DNA of 64,000 bases from the human T2T-CHM13v2.0 reference genome, Homo sapiens. Positions 25,380-39,115 of the stretch are shown piece by piece (position 1 is the first letter of the stretch; every line of letters begins with the position of its first letter). The notes under the pieces are model-generated. The model worked only from the letters and a program-made list of their open reading frames with translations. It did no database searches and was not told the DNA's origin. The translations under genes and the position numbers were made by a program. The DNA lies in assembly GCF_009914755.1 (NCBI RefSeq), contig NC_060931.1; one strand, 5' to 3'.

Positions 25380-28264
25380 TATACTGGTTCATGTGCCAAT
25401 TCATGAACTGAAAGGAGTCCTGCAGATGTTTCTTAAACAGGACATTTTGGCTGTCTCCATACACAAACCCTTAAAAATAAACTAAACCAGAGCAATGTCT
25501 TCTTCCTGCCAACTAACTGATTGCTTCCACTGATTTCCTGCAGCATTTATTATGTGAAAAATACTGCTTCTATTTCTTGATTTATCAACTATAGATAGAA
25601 TATGGTAACTCCCTGCTATAAAAAGAGTAGGAATTTAGTGATTTTTCGTCACCATCAATTTTTGCTAATTCTATTAAGTTCTTCTGGTGGTTATCTTTAT
25701 TACTCAAAAAATAAACTCGAGTATATATTTTTTCTATCTATTGATTCTCTGCTCTAAATCATAGCTTTTTAAGAAAAAATAATCATCATCAGACTGCTTT
25801 TGTTTTATAAAGCCACTAAAATCTTTCTGAAGATACAAATTGCAAGATTCTTAAAGCTTTCTTCTGTTCCCCGGATTGTCTGCTTCATCTCTCGCCACTT
25901 GTTAACATTTTTTAACTTTTCATTATTTTTTAGGCTATTGGCTTTTTTTCAAATACCTAATGTTTTTTGGTTGTTGGTTCAATATATGGAGTAGCCTTAT
26001 TAATATGATTAGTATGTGAAGTAAATATTCTGCATGATTGTTTAGATTTCTTTAAAAAAAAAGCTTCTCCCTTAAAAAGGGGATGTGTTGGTAGACAAGT
26101 AGACAAGTTTCACCTTAGGATCTTCACTTCAGGACTGAGCACACCATTGCCCATACAATGTTACTCTGGCATGGCTGACTTAATTAGTACATTTGTAATT
26201 GAGGCTGAGAGTTAAGGCTAAACTGCTCTGCTTATCTTTCTCATTCCTCCACCCATATTGGGTGCTTTCTCCAGGCAGATGGTTTGTTTTCTTAGACTAA
26301 TAATGCACTTCTCAGACTTTATCCTGGGGGCAAAAGCCATTTCTGTGAGAAAGCTTGCTCTATTAAGTGGTGAGGGTGTGGGAGGAGTAGGTGATTTACC
26401 AGCCTGCCCATTCTCAATGGTGGATTTTAATTAATTCCCCTGATGATTGTACCATGGCCCACCCTTTGCCCTTTATGTTCCCTGGGAAGTAAGAGCTTAC
26501 TACTGGTATTTTAGGCTGCATTTTTCCATACTCTTTTGTTTGTCAACTTAGGCCCTTCCATCTGCTCACTTTCTCTCTGGTCCTCTGCTGGTGCCTTTTC
26601 TGTTTTTGTTTTTGTTTTTTTCCAGCATTAGTATAGTTTTATTGTTTTAAAAACAGAGAGAAGGGAGGTGGACTTGGGTGCTTATTCTGTTATACTAAAC
26701 CAGAACTCAATAGTTCTGTAATATTTTATTTAAATTACAGTAATGTAAGCAACAAATATTCATGATCATCTACCATGTACATGTTACAAAATGCATACAC
26801 TGATGCCACATTCCCCTACCTAACGAGCCTAGTGTACTGTGGCTTACAGAGTTGCAAAAAAAGTTTAGAGCACAAATTTTGCTTATTAATATAATTCACT
26901 TGGTTCTGGTAGTTTTGATTCCTATCAAAGACAGTTTGAGTTACTTTTTCCTTCTCTAGTATTAAAAATATAACCCAAAGAAATTCTGCCTACAAGTGAG
27001 GCTGTAATAAAAATTTAAAGCCATGATCTTGGTCAAATATTACAGGGAAAAGTCTTGCTGTTTTAACGTGCACTGCAGCAACTTCATAGCCTGCTATTTC
27101 TTGAGGCTGACTCTCCAAACTAGGGATCAAGAACCAGAAAGCCCCTCACAGGGTTATAGTGATACAAGCTTTTCTCTTGTTGCCTGCAGGCTGCCTAGGG
27201 GTTCCTGTATTAACTTCCCAAGTCTGCTCCTAGGGGAAGGCAGATGTAACTAAGACAGGCCATACTGTGGTGTTTCTTATATGCAGATATATGCAGAGAA
27301 GTGTTAGAGCCATTTATGAACTTTTAGGTCCGTCTTGCTCTGAAATTTTGTGGCAATAGAACATACCACATTTCACAATAAAATTCTGTTTGACAATAAT
27401 ATATTGTAAGGGCTAGTATTTGAGTTGGGCAGCGGGGAAGATGATGAATGATTATCTAGGGAGAAGTGGATGAAGGGTAGGTATGTGTGTTCTCTTCTTG
27501 GCTTGCAGGATATGATCATCTGGACAAAGAGGGGAAAAATCAGACAATCTGTTTCAACTCAGGTACAATTAATTTGTTTTTAATAAAGGATAATGTGATT
27601 ATACTACGTACTTTTTCTGGGGAAGGCAGACTCAGGAATCTCATTGACAAAAGCAACTTTAAAGTAAATTCAAAACTCTTATTCTTCCAAAATTGTTTAC
27701 AATTAACAGAGTGCCATTTCTCAAAGTGCTTTTTATGCTCAAACCAGTCCAATAATCATTTTCTTTCCATATGTGCCAAAGATATCCTAAAAATATTGCT
27801 TTATGTCTACTATTTTCCTGATTACAGTAGAGTAAGTTAAAGTCCATTAAACTCTGAATAAATGTTTACTGTGTATATGCTGGACATTGGACACCGATTA
27901 CCTTGACCATTGTAACACATGCACCCAAATTATCTAACTCATTAAGTAAACTTTTTAATGATTGGTTTACTGAATTTTTACTCTTTTACTGTAACACAGT
28001 AACTGTATTGATCAATCTAGTTATCCTTGATCATCTGTCTAAAATTCAGTACAAAATATTTTTGGAGATTGTTTATATCCAGTTTAAATAAGATTAAGTT
28101 AGTGGCAGGCTATAGTTTTTAGTGACATAATTACAGAAAGAAAGGTTGAGAAAAATTATAATACTTTTTATATTGAACTAACTTATAGTGAATTATGTTC
28201 AGTTATATGTCAGATGGAAGCTATATAGCTTCCATTTTTTTCCAAGAGTGTGATCTCTGACTAC

Positions 28265-28400
28265 CAGAGATCTCAGACTCAGATTCTGCTCATGGGTCTG
28301 TCATGTGCTATGTGTATGACCTCAGGGAAGGCATTTTCTTTCTCTGAACATAAATCTTAGTCTATAAAATGGGGGTAACCATTTCCAGTCTGATTTACCA
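28265..28400 (+). mobile_element. MIR fragment
   Basis: tgtgtatgacctcagggaagg...ttctctgaac...tctataaaatgggg. Confidence 0.65.
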
Positions 28401-28520
28401 CACTGTAGACCATAACCATAGAAGCTATGTACAGGGTTACACCTTGTTTGCTGATAAGGATTTTTTTCCACAGCCTACAAGCTGCATAGGAGGTCGAGTG
28501 TTCTCTCCCAAGATTCTGTG

Positions 28521-28727
28521 TAGCCTTGTCCAGAGAATGTTCTACAATGATGAGTATATTCTATATCTGTGGTGTCCAACAGAGGAACCACTAGCCATAT
28601 GTGGCTATTGGGCACTTAAATATGGCTAGTGTGACTGAGGAACTTAATGTTCACTTTCATTTCATTTGAAGTTATTTAAACTTAAAAAGCCATGTGTGGC
28701 TAGTGGCTACTGTATTGGATCACATAG
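28521..28727 (+). mobile_element. MER3 (hAT-Charlie) MITE
   Basis: ccactagccatatgtggctattgggcactt...gtgactgaggaact...agccatgtgtggctagtggctactgtattgga. Confidence 0.85.
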
Positions 28728-30979
28728 TGAGAAGATAGAAATACCTGACGCACTATTTCTTAAATACAGATATACACATATAGAGAGTTTCTGTGAGATT
28801 TGGATCAGATAATAATCTAGGTAATAAAACATTTCTCTACATTAAAAATGCTTTTCAAATTTAAATTATCATTACATGAAATAGCACTTCTATTTTTGTG
28901 GCACTATTGGTGGATAAATTATTTCAAGACATTCCCTATTTACGTAATTCTAAAAATAATATTCATATGTAGTATTCTTATCAGTCTTATATTTTTACTT
29001 TATTATTTTGAATTCTCCCCATATGCTATTAGGTCACTAGAGTAGTATGTTGTGTCCCTTAAGTTGGTTTTAAATGAAAATGCTTACCATAACAAGAGTT
29101 CCAATGAGCATATATTTTTTTTATTTAGGTAGACTTTTAAAAGCAGATACAAATGGCTACTCTTAATTTATATCTCCTCTTTGCCTTTCATGGGATAGCA
29201 ACACTGCCCATTTCTATTGAACCTATCATGTTCTATTTTCTTTACAGATCTATTTTAATCCAAATCTGTAAATATTGCCCCCCTTTCTTGATTAGCCTTT
29301 CTTCTCTAGATTTACTTTCAAATAGTGGTAATAGTGTGTAACTATTTTTAACTGTACCTTTGGACTAATAAGGATTCTACATTTAAGGATATATTGTTTT
29401 AGAACAATGAATATTACAATAATAAAATTCAAGTAATATATCTAAGAAGATGAAATAATTCAGCATTCAATTATGTTTAAAATTGGCATCTTTTTACATC
29501 AGCTTGATGTTTCTGTGAATGTCCATTTACCTCAAGTGGTTTCTTCAAATAATGAGTTAGCACTCTCCTTCATTGCAACAAATTGAAGCACCAAATTTGG
29601 CTTTGTGAGTCGAATGATAAAACATTTGAGAGTCGTCTGAACTATTCTTTGTTTATATTGTCTTTAGTTTTGTTCACTTGGTTTTCAGTACCCGTATTCA
29701 CACAGTTCCTTGGCTTCTATATCAATAAATTTTATGAGGTTCAAGGTATTGACTGCTAAAAAATCATAGGATTGAATAGTTTCTGTTTTGGTTTCTTTCA
29801 GTTGTTTTTTAAAAAAAGAAGGATTTGAAAGTTTACTCTGTGGTTTTAGATTAAGTAACTTCAGACTTTTTTTCAAGAAATTTTAATGTCTCTTTTTAAA
29901 ACTTCAGTTTTGAATAAGTAGAAAGTATAGATAAGCAAAAAGAAAAAAAAATCACTCTATTCCACCACATAGTTTTAATATAGCCCAGAAAAAAATTTCA
30001 AACTTAGAGAGAGAGGGAGTCTGTGTGTGTATAAATACTTGCTGGTTCAAATGTGAACATATTTTTGACGTATCCTTTCAGCCAGAAAGTTGTACCAATT
30101 GACAAAACAACCAGCCACGCTTGTCCATTCTATGTGTGGGCATTTTCATTTCCCTACTACCTTGTCAACACTGAAGATTATCTTCTTTTTCTATCAACGC
30201 TTATATGATCAATGATAAAAATCATTATTTTAATTTGCATTTTCTTGATTATTAAAGAAGATAAATAGTTTTTCCTGTTTTTACACTATTTGTATGTCTC
30301 TATGCAAGCTAATGGTGATATGTATTTTAAATCTTCACATACAATGTATTTCCCAAATTTACCTGGCCCCAGATCTCCTTTTTGCAGAGTGTCTGGTTTT
30401 CTATAACACATCTCTGTGAAACACTATTACATACTATAGCACCATATTTAATTACCAGAAATTTTATAAGAACTTAACTGTCAAATGTACTAGGTTGAAT
30501 AAAGCAGTTTATATTGCAAATAAGTTCTATGCTTCATTTTATATATATGATGCTAAAAATGTATAGACGCTAAATAAATATTTATTAGTTGATTGAACCA
30601 TTAAATATTGGCAAGTCAAGTCTTCAAATATTAGAAAGATCTTTACCTAAGTTTACCTAAAGAAGTTTCCGTGTCTATATTGGAAGCATTGCTATTGAGT
30701 GAAGTTACAAGGACCTATTTTATAAAATAGATTTCTTTCAAAAAGCCAAAAAAGTATAAATATGCATACATTTCAAAAAACAAAAAATAACAGTTGGTTT
30801 ATTGTTACATATCAAAATGTGGCCTGTTTTAACCATATATATTAACTCATCCTCTAATAATCCATTTGATTATGATACTTAAATAATTTCTACATAATTC
30901 CTTCATACAATGAAGTATAGAGAATTTAAACTCTTTTTAAGGAAAAAAATCCCAAGTTCACCTATTAAATTTGCTCAAT

Positions 30980-31260
30980 GTCCTGTGGGGCTAATGAGAG
31001 GTTCTATTTAGGTGAATAATCTGCATTGGGCTACCCACCTCACCCTCACCCACATCTTCCACTTAATTTTGCTGTCAATCACAATTAGTGGCATTATACA
31101 TTTTCACAGCTGCCCAATCAGTGCTTTGTTTCAGCCATGCTTAGCAAATAGAGAGCCGACTGATTATATTGTTGAGCAGGGAAGTATACTGACTGTGTGG
31201 AGTTGTCTCACTTTGGAGCTTTTTCACTGTTACAAGATATGTACATAAGCTAAATAAAAA
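30980..31260. promoter_or_regulatory. Putative enhancer block
   Basis: Repeat-free. PBX-MEIS/PREP decamer (CTGTCAATCA 31072-31081), CAATTA, E-box CAGCTG (31107-31112) and CCAAT lie within about 50 bp. Confidence 0.5.
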
Positions 31261-32939
31261 TGAAGTTTGCAAAAACAACAAAAAAATAGTATGTGAGAAC
31301 CAATTCTATTCATTTGACTAAAACACAAGCATTTGGGAGCAAAACTTGGTTTTCAGTGTTTCATTGGAAGCTTCTGAAAGGTGGCAGATATTTAAGCAAA
31401 GCCTATGTTCATAAGAATATGATTATGTTGAAATACACTATATTGCTGACACCTCCTATTTGGGCACAACTGCTATTAAAACATCAAAGATTGAACTGAG
31501 ATTTTACTTAGTTTTTAAATGCCAGGAGATAGAATTAAATCTTCAATGTAGGTACCTGAATATATATTTTTTTATATTCACTAGATGAAGGTATGTTCTC
31601 AGGGTTGTAAACTGCTTGTGGAAAAAGAAAGAGTCAGAACCAAGTAGAGGTAGACACTGTAAGTCATATACCTTTAATTAACAACAGTGATTTCAAACCT
31701 CGTACTTCACCCTTTAAGACTGTTTATATGTGCAAGAAGCAAGTGCATGATATTTATAACATAATGAACTTATACTTTGAGGAAACATTCTTAATAAGGA
31801 AAAGGCACCCTTATGATTTATCAAATTGATTATATCGTACATGACCTAATTGGTCATTCCTGCCTAGTAATGAAGAGAAAGGTAGAAAATCCTATGCTGT
31901 TTTAATTTCCTATCTTAATTATAATACTCTTTTGCTACAGGCTTTCTTGTATTAACTTCCCATGTTATATAATTAACCGCTACATATCTACATTAATTTT
32001 CCTATTTTCTAGAACCGATGAAGCATTTTTATTACCAGAAACAGAAGGGTATTAAACACTCACTTTAACGCAGATCTAAGGCTCCAATAAAATAGTATCT
32101 GTCTCAGAACTTTCTTCCTAAAATTCCTGAAGATTATATGAAATTGGGTATAAAAAGTAACTACTATTTTTTTGCAGTCTGATTTATTTCCTTTTCTGAA
32201 AGATGTTTATGATAAAAGCAAAAGCAGAGGTTAATAGATACCCAATTCTGCAATGTAAACAGTATAGATACTAATTTTGGTATATAATAGAGGTAAGTTG
32301 TTTGTAAGGATTTTATCGTTTTATTCACCATTAGTTTAATGTCAAATGAGGGGCAAGCATTCTCTTTAGCATTGTAGGAAAAGAATCCACAGTGCTAATT
32401 CCCCAGAGATTACAACATGGGGAGTCAAAAAAGGTGTAAGGATCAACAACCTAATCATTATGATAGAGCGTAATCAATGATACAGAAGGGTACAGGCTGA
32501 TAGGAGAAGCTGTAGGAGAATCACATATCCAGTTCAGGGTGAGGATCAGTCGGGGGAAATGTCCCCAAAATGTGACAATTGAAGTCAGTTTGAAGGAGTT
32601 TACCATAAGAGTTGGGAATCTTATTGAGGCAAGACATGAAGTAAAAAAATAATAATAATATGAGTAGTTTCAGTGTAATTCAGCTACCTAATAATAAGGA
32701 AATATTTCAACTTCTTTTTCCTTAATACTGAAGGCATGTCCCACATCTGAACAGGTCACGCTGAGTCTCAGGTAGAGGCAGTCATCTCATTATCAAAACA
32801 CAGTGATTAAAAATGCTAGTACAGTTAGCAATTCTTTTTCCTCACTAAAATATCACATTTTTCTCTTTTTATTAAAGAGAGAAGTCATGGTTCCCTTGAT
32901 GTTATCTCCTTATGAATAGCTCCATTTCCTTGGAGTGGT

Positions 32940-33400
32940 TTTTCATTGACCACTTGGTTGTGCTTCTTGGAAATCTGGAGTTTATGGCAAGCAATTGTCA
33001 AACTTGTGCAGGCATCCCAGCTTGGAGTAGCAGTGCCCAGATTGCAAATTGAAAGCTGGGATTAAGCTGTTTGGGGTGCCCAAATCAGCACCATTTCACT
33101 GTTTAAAGGCAAATGGAAAATATCTAGAAAGTCAGGTGCCCCTGAGAGAGCTTTCTGAAGCAGATCCCTCTTGGGCTGATTGTGACACTAATCAGCCATT
33201 TAACAAGCAAGCCATTATGTATCTGACCATATGAATAATCATAATTCATGCAAATATAATTTATGTTAAATACATTCTCAAGTTATTATGCACAATATTT
33301 TCTTCATCAGAAAGCAGTGACCAAAGGTGCACATGTATTTATAATAATTCTTTTCGGCATCTTGAATGTCCCATTTTCTTCTTGCCATTAATAAAAGACT
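32940..33400. promoter_or_regulatory. Putative enhancer block
   Basis: Repeat-free. Octamer ATGCAAAT 33248-33255, bicoid-class GGATTA near 33059, TGACA/TGTCA sites, many TAAT cores and two inverted repeats. Confidence 0.55.
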
Positions 33401-35296
33401 TGTCTGATAAAGCTCTCCCCTCCATACGTGTCCCAGGTATTTGGAAGAGTGTTACTTATTTCAGAAACTATACATTAGGATGATATTCTTAGTCTGGTAT
33501 TTAAGGCAGTACTTGAAATTTTGTTCTGATAACAAAGCTTGATATCCTAGGAGCACAGTCTTGTCCTGGCCTCATTAGTAAACAAATTTGAATGCTATAG
33601 TCTCAGCCCTGACCTCAGAGGTACTCATTAGTGACTTTTCTTTATTGTACTGTAATGTAATCACAGACACTAAAGTAGCAGACCATTTTCTTTGTTAATC
33701 AAAAATAATTCAGAATTATTATAATTCAAAAAAACTTTCTTTTGGTAGTGTGTAAGAAAAAATTGGGGGCTCTTCTCAATGCTCATTTTTTATGATGTAA
33801 ATCATGTATTTTAAATCATTGCTGCAAACTTAAGATGACAATCTGTGTGCAACCTTTTAAAAAACAGTCAGCTTATTATATGTAAATATAAAAGGTTAGA
33901 GTTACTAACTCTAGAAATGAAAAAGTACCATAATTTATTAATGTGCCTTTCTGGCAGGAGTATATATCTGTGCCTGAAACCCTCAGTCTCTTCATACTTA
34001 TACAGTTCTTTGAAGGCAAACTATGCAAGTGTGCCAAATATAATTTCACTGAAAGTATTTAAAAATCTCTTTAAAAGCAAAGTATTGGTGGTCTATGAAG
34101 GAGAGGTAATATTCCAATGTTATATACATTATAGTCCATTCTGAAACCTCTACTTCTTTGCCAATTCATTAGGCTGTATCATTACAAACAGATAATCTTA
34201 TGCAAAAGGATATGACATTCAGGCATCACCATAAATGCCAGCAAAATGACAACTACATTTCATCAGTAAGCCAATGTGCATCCAGGCTGGGTGACTAGAC
34301 AGAGTTGTGTAAGTTGTGTCCAACACAGGGGCACCAGGTTACAGGGTAATTGGGGCCATAACCCAACCTACATCCATTCCCCAAACCATGTACCTAAGGG
34401 GTTAAATCTGTCCAGTGTACAAAAGCACCTTGTAGGTTACTGGAGGCTCTTTGGCAAGATATATTGCTTCCCATCAAGTATGACAAAACTTGTAGAGCTA
34501 TTTCAACCAGCAAGCATGCAACAGTCAACTCCACTGAAGGAGCATAGTCAGTTTTTCTTTAAGAAAACGTGCACTTGTGCACCTACTCAGGAATTATCTC
34601 ATCTAGTCAAGCCAATATGGACAGTGAAAGTTTCTATCTCAGATACAATGCAAAAATGTTCTTGTAAACCTTGACTTTTCCAGGAACTAACACTACTTCA
34701 TATTCTTATATCCCTGATACTTTGCCTACTAAATAGTTATGTTCATGTTATTTAAACAATATATAAGTAAATATATGCCAGAATAAATTTTTGCCTTCTA
34801 TAATGTTGACTTTTTTTGTATTCTGCTTAATTGTGAGTGCTACTGTGGCCAAGATCCCTAAGAAAAAGGGATTGTTAGTTCTACTTTGAGTCATTGGTTT
34901 TACATTCCAAGGACAGGCAAACCAATCCATCTTGCTTTATTCTCATATGCATCCCACATTTTCTGTACTGGTATTCTCATACACTTTCATATTTAGATAT
35001 GTCTATAGGTGAGGATAAATGTGGTGCTTTTTTCCCTACACAAAAGCTATTATTAAATTAGTGATATATCTTTTGATGGATACTGCCTTACAACAGAAGA
35101 ATTGGATTTCTAAGAATGGTGTTCCATCTGTCATCAATGTTCTGATAATTTTGCTCAGCGTAGAGTGGAGGGAGTTGAAGTTTCTCTAATGGTGGGCTGC
35201 AGGTTTCTCACTTTGATTTTTTTTTCTATGTTATTTAGATTCACCTATCTTTAATATTCATTACTTAATGACATTTATCTTTTCTAAAGTCACCTT

Positions 35297-38200
35297 TAAT
35301 TTTTAAAAAATTTAATTGTGGTAAAATGCATAACAGATTTCTAAGTGTACAGTTCAATAGTGTTAAGTATATTCACATTGTTGTGCAACCAGTCTCCAGA
35401 ACTTTTTCATCTTGCAAAACTGAAATGCTATACCCATTAACAACAAAAAGTAAGTTTTTGTGAAGTATAACATTTCTATAAAAAGTACATTAACCAGAAA
35501 TACATAGCTATGGATTTTCACAAAGTGAATACACCCATGGAACCACCATTCAGATTGTAAAATAGAACATTTACCAGCATCTCTCTCTCTCACACAGTTA
35601 CTACTCTGCACAATTGTTTTTTATATGTTGACTTTGGATTAAGCAACACTGCAAAATTCCCATATTCATTCTTATAGATTGTAGATTCTTAGGATTTTCT
35701 ACATACACAGCCACGTTTATTCATGAATAAAGATACTTTTATTTCTTTTCCAATCCCTATACTTTTTTATCCTCGACTTTATTGTACTGCCTGGGACTTC
35801 CAGTAAGAGTGGTGAATGGATGTGGGGACAATGGCCATCTTTGTCTCATCTCCGACCTTGTGGGGGAGCTTTCTATATTTCTTTATTCAGTATGATGTTT
35901 GCTATAGGTTTTTGTAGCTACTCTATCAGATTAAGGAAGTTCCCATCTGTTTCTAATTTGCCAAGGGTTTTCGTCTAAACAAATATTGCATTGTTTCAAT
36001 TGCTTTTTTCTGCATGTATTGAGATAACCTCATTGTCTTTTCCTTTATTATTACATTGACTTATATTGATTTATTTTAAATGTTAAATTAACTGCAAGAG
36101 TTTGTGGAAGAATAGTATTGCTTCTTTCTTAAACTTTGGAAGAATTCACTGGTAAAGTCAACTGGGCTGTAAATTTCTTTGTGGGGACGTTTCTAAATCA
36201 ATTTATTTAATAGAATTGGGATTATATGGATTTTCTACTATTTTTGGTAAGGAATCTCTAGGAACTTGTTCAGTTCACCTAAAATATTAAATTAAGTAGT
36301 ATAACTTTTTTTTATAATGTTCTTGTATTTTAATGCCTATACAATTGGTTTTACAGTCCAAGAACAGGCAAACAAGTCCATCTTGCGTGTATCTGTAGTG
36401 ACAGTCCTTTTCTCAGTTCCAGTACTGGTTATTTCTGTCTTTTTTTAAAAATAAGATAAGTATTGATGAAATTATGTCAATTCTTTTTCTTAAAGAAACA
36501 TTCATTTTATTTTTCCCTATTGCCTTTAAAAGATATGGCTAAACTTTTAAAAAAATTAATAGACTTTAGTTTTTAGACCAGTTTTTGGTTTACAGAAGAA
36601 TTAGGCATAAAATACAGAGAGTTCCCTTATACTCCCTCTTCCACTCCCCACCCTCAGTTTCCCCTGTTACTGGCATCTTGCACTGGTATGGTGCATTCAT
36701 TATAAGGATGAAGTAATATGAATATGTTATTATTAACCAAAGACTGTGGTTTACATTGGATACACTCTTGGTCTTTCACAGTTCTATAGTTTTTGACAAA
36801 AGCATAAATTCATATATCTACCATTACAGGTAGTTAGTTTCACTGCCCTAAAAATCCCCTGTATTCCACCTTATTGTTCCATCTCTTCTGCTCAACCTTA
36901 GGAAACCACTGATATTTTTAATATTGCAATACTTTTGCCTTTTCCAGAATGTCTTATAGTTGGAATCATACAATATGCAGCCTTTTCAAATTTACTTCTT
37001 TTACTTGGCAATGTGCATTTAAGGTTCCTCCATGTCTTTTCATGGCATGATAGATCAGTTTTTTTTCACTGAATGATAATCCCATTATGTGGATGTATCA
37101 GTTTGCTTATCCATTCACCTATTGAAAGACATCTTGATTGCTTCCAAATATTGGCAGTTTCAAAGCTGCTATAAACATTTGTGTGCAGAGTTTTGTGTAG
37201 ATATGTCTTTAACTCACCTGGATAAATATGTGAGAGCACATTGCTGGATCATATGGTAAGACTATGTTTAGCTTTGTAAGAAATTGCCAAATTATCTTCT
37301 ATAGTAGATGTATTGTGTTACATTCCCACCAGCAATGAATGAGAGTTCCACCTCCTTGTCAGCATTTGATGTTAGTGTTCTGGATTTTAGCCATTATAAT
37401 AGGTGTGAAGTGCTAGCTCATTGCTAATTTGCAGTTCCTTATTGACTTAAGATATTGAACATAATTTCATATGCTTATTTTTCATCTGTGTATCTTCTTT
37501 GGTGAGGTGTCTCTTCAGATCTTTTGCCCAGTTTTAATTGGGTTGTTATTTTCTTATTGTTGAATTATAAGAGTTCTTTGTATATTGTAGATATAAGTCT
37601 TTATCAGATATGTGTTTTGAAAATGTTTTCTCCCAGTCTTGGCTTGTCTTGTCAGTATCTTTTTTTTTTTTTTTAATTTTTTGAAACAGAGTCTCATTCT
37701 GTCACCCAGGCTGGAGTGCAGTGGCATGATCTCAGCTCACTTCAGCCTCTGCCTCCCAGGTTCAAATGATTCTAGTGCCTTAGTCTCCCAAGTAGCTAGG
37801 ATTACAAAAATGTGCACCAGCACAACCAGCTAATTTTTGTATTTTTAGTAGAGACAGGGTTTCGCCATGTTGGCTAGGCTGGTCTTGAACTCCTGGCCTC
37901 AGGTGATCCTCCCACCTCGGCCTCCCAAAGTGCTGGGATTACAGGTGTGAGCCACCACACTTGGCCTCTTCTCATTGTCTTAACTGTGTTTTGCAGAATA
38001 GAAATTTCATCTTACTGAATAAAAATTAATTTTTTAAATGGATCAGCCTTTTTGATGTAGTATCTAAAAATTCATTGTCAAACTCAAGGTCACCTAGATT
38101 TTCTCGTATGTTAATTTTAGAAGTTTTATAGTTTTATGCTTTACATTATGTCTGTGATCCAGATTGCAAGTTTTTAAATTTCATTAATTTCTATTCTTAA

Positions 38201-39115
38201 CGTTATTATTTCTTTTCTTCTAGTTCTTTGGTTTTCATTTACTGTTCCTTTTTAAACCTATTAAGGTAGATTCAGATGATCAATTTTTCAGCCTTTCTTT
38301 ATGTCTAATGTGTGCATTTAAGACTATAAATTTCCCTTTAACACGCATTAGCTTTATCCTACAACTTGATATATTGTAGTTTTATAATTGCTCAGTTTAA
38401 AATATATTTTAATTTCAATTATGACTTTTAACACATAGATTACTTAGAAGTTCATCATTTTATTTCAAATATTTTAAGATCTCTTAAGTTATAACTTCAT
38501 AGGGGTCAAAAAACATCAGTGATTTCAAGCCTTTGAAATTCGTTGAAATTTGTTTTATAGCCAAGAATATGGTTTATTTTGATACAGTTCCATATATACT
38601 AGAAAAAAAGTATATATTTGCCATCATTTTATACAGCACTTTATATATATAATGTAAAGATCTATATATGCATAGAGATATATGTGTGTGTAACAATTAG
38701 ATCATGTATTAATTGTGTTGTTCACAACTTCTGTAATCTTATGGAATGTATATCTGCTTTTCTTGAGTTACTGAGAGTGAGGTTTTAAAATCCCCTACTT
38801 TGAATGTATATTTGTTTTTCCTTTCAGTTGTGTAATTTTTTCCTTTATGTGTTTTAAAGTCATTTTATTAAGAGAAAGCATATTTAGAATTGTTATATTT
38901 GTCTGGTAATATGCAATTTTTACCATTCTGAAATATCCTTAATTCTAATAATTTTTATCTTAATATCTTTCTGTTTTGCTGTTAGGATAGCTACACCAGC
39001 TGTCTTTTGCTTACTGCTTCCAAGTTATATTTATTACTACCTTTTTACTCTTAGCCTTTCTGTGTCTTTATATTTAACTTGTATCTCTTGGAAGCAGCTT
39101 ATAAATGGGTTATAT
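35297..39115 (-). mobile_element. Nested cluster of old L1 fragments (L1MB 3' end ~35297-35445; L1ME-like 3' end and ORF2 pieces; L1MC1/2 3' region ~36550-38160)
   Basis: aagtgtacagttcaatagtgttaagtatattcacattgttgtgcaacc; tagactttagtttttagaccagt; cattcccaccagcaatgaatgagagttcc; cagattaaggaagttccc. Confidence 0.85.
37661..37966 (-). mobile_element. AluS inserted in L1MC
   Basis: Reverse Alu with poly(T) and a degenerate 14-bp TSD (37647-37660 / 37967-37980). Confidence 0.95.

Noticed and set aside
34276-34674. 132-aa ORF on +
   Set aside because: Non-ATG start, no recognisable domain, no splice context; partly overlaps a probable old DNA-transposon fragment.
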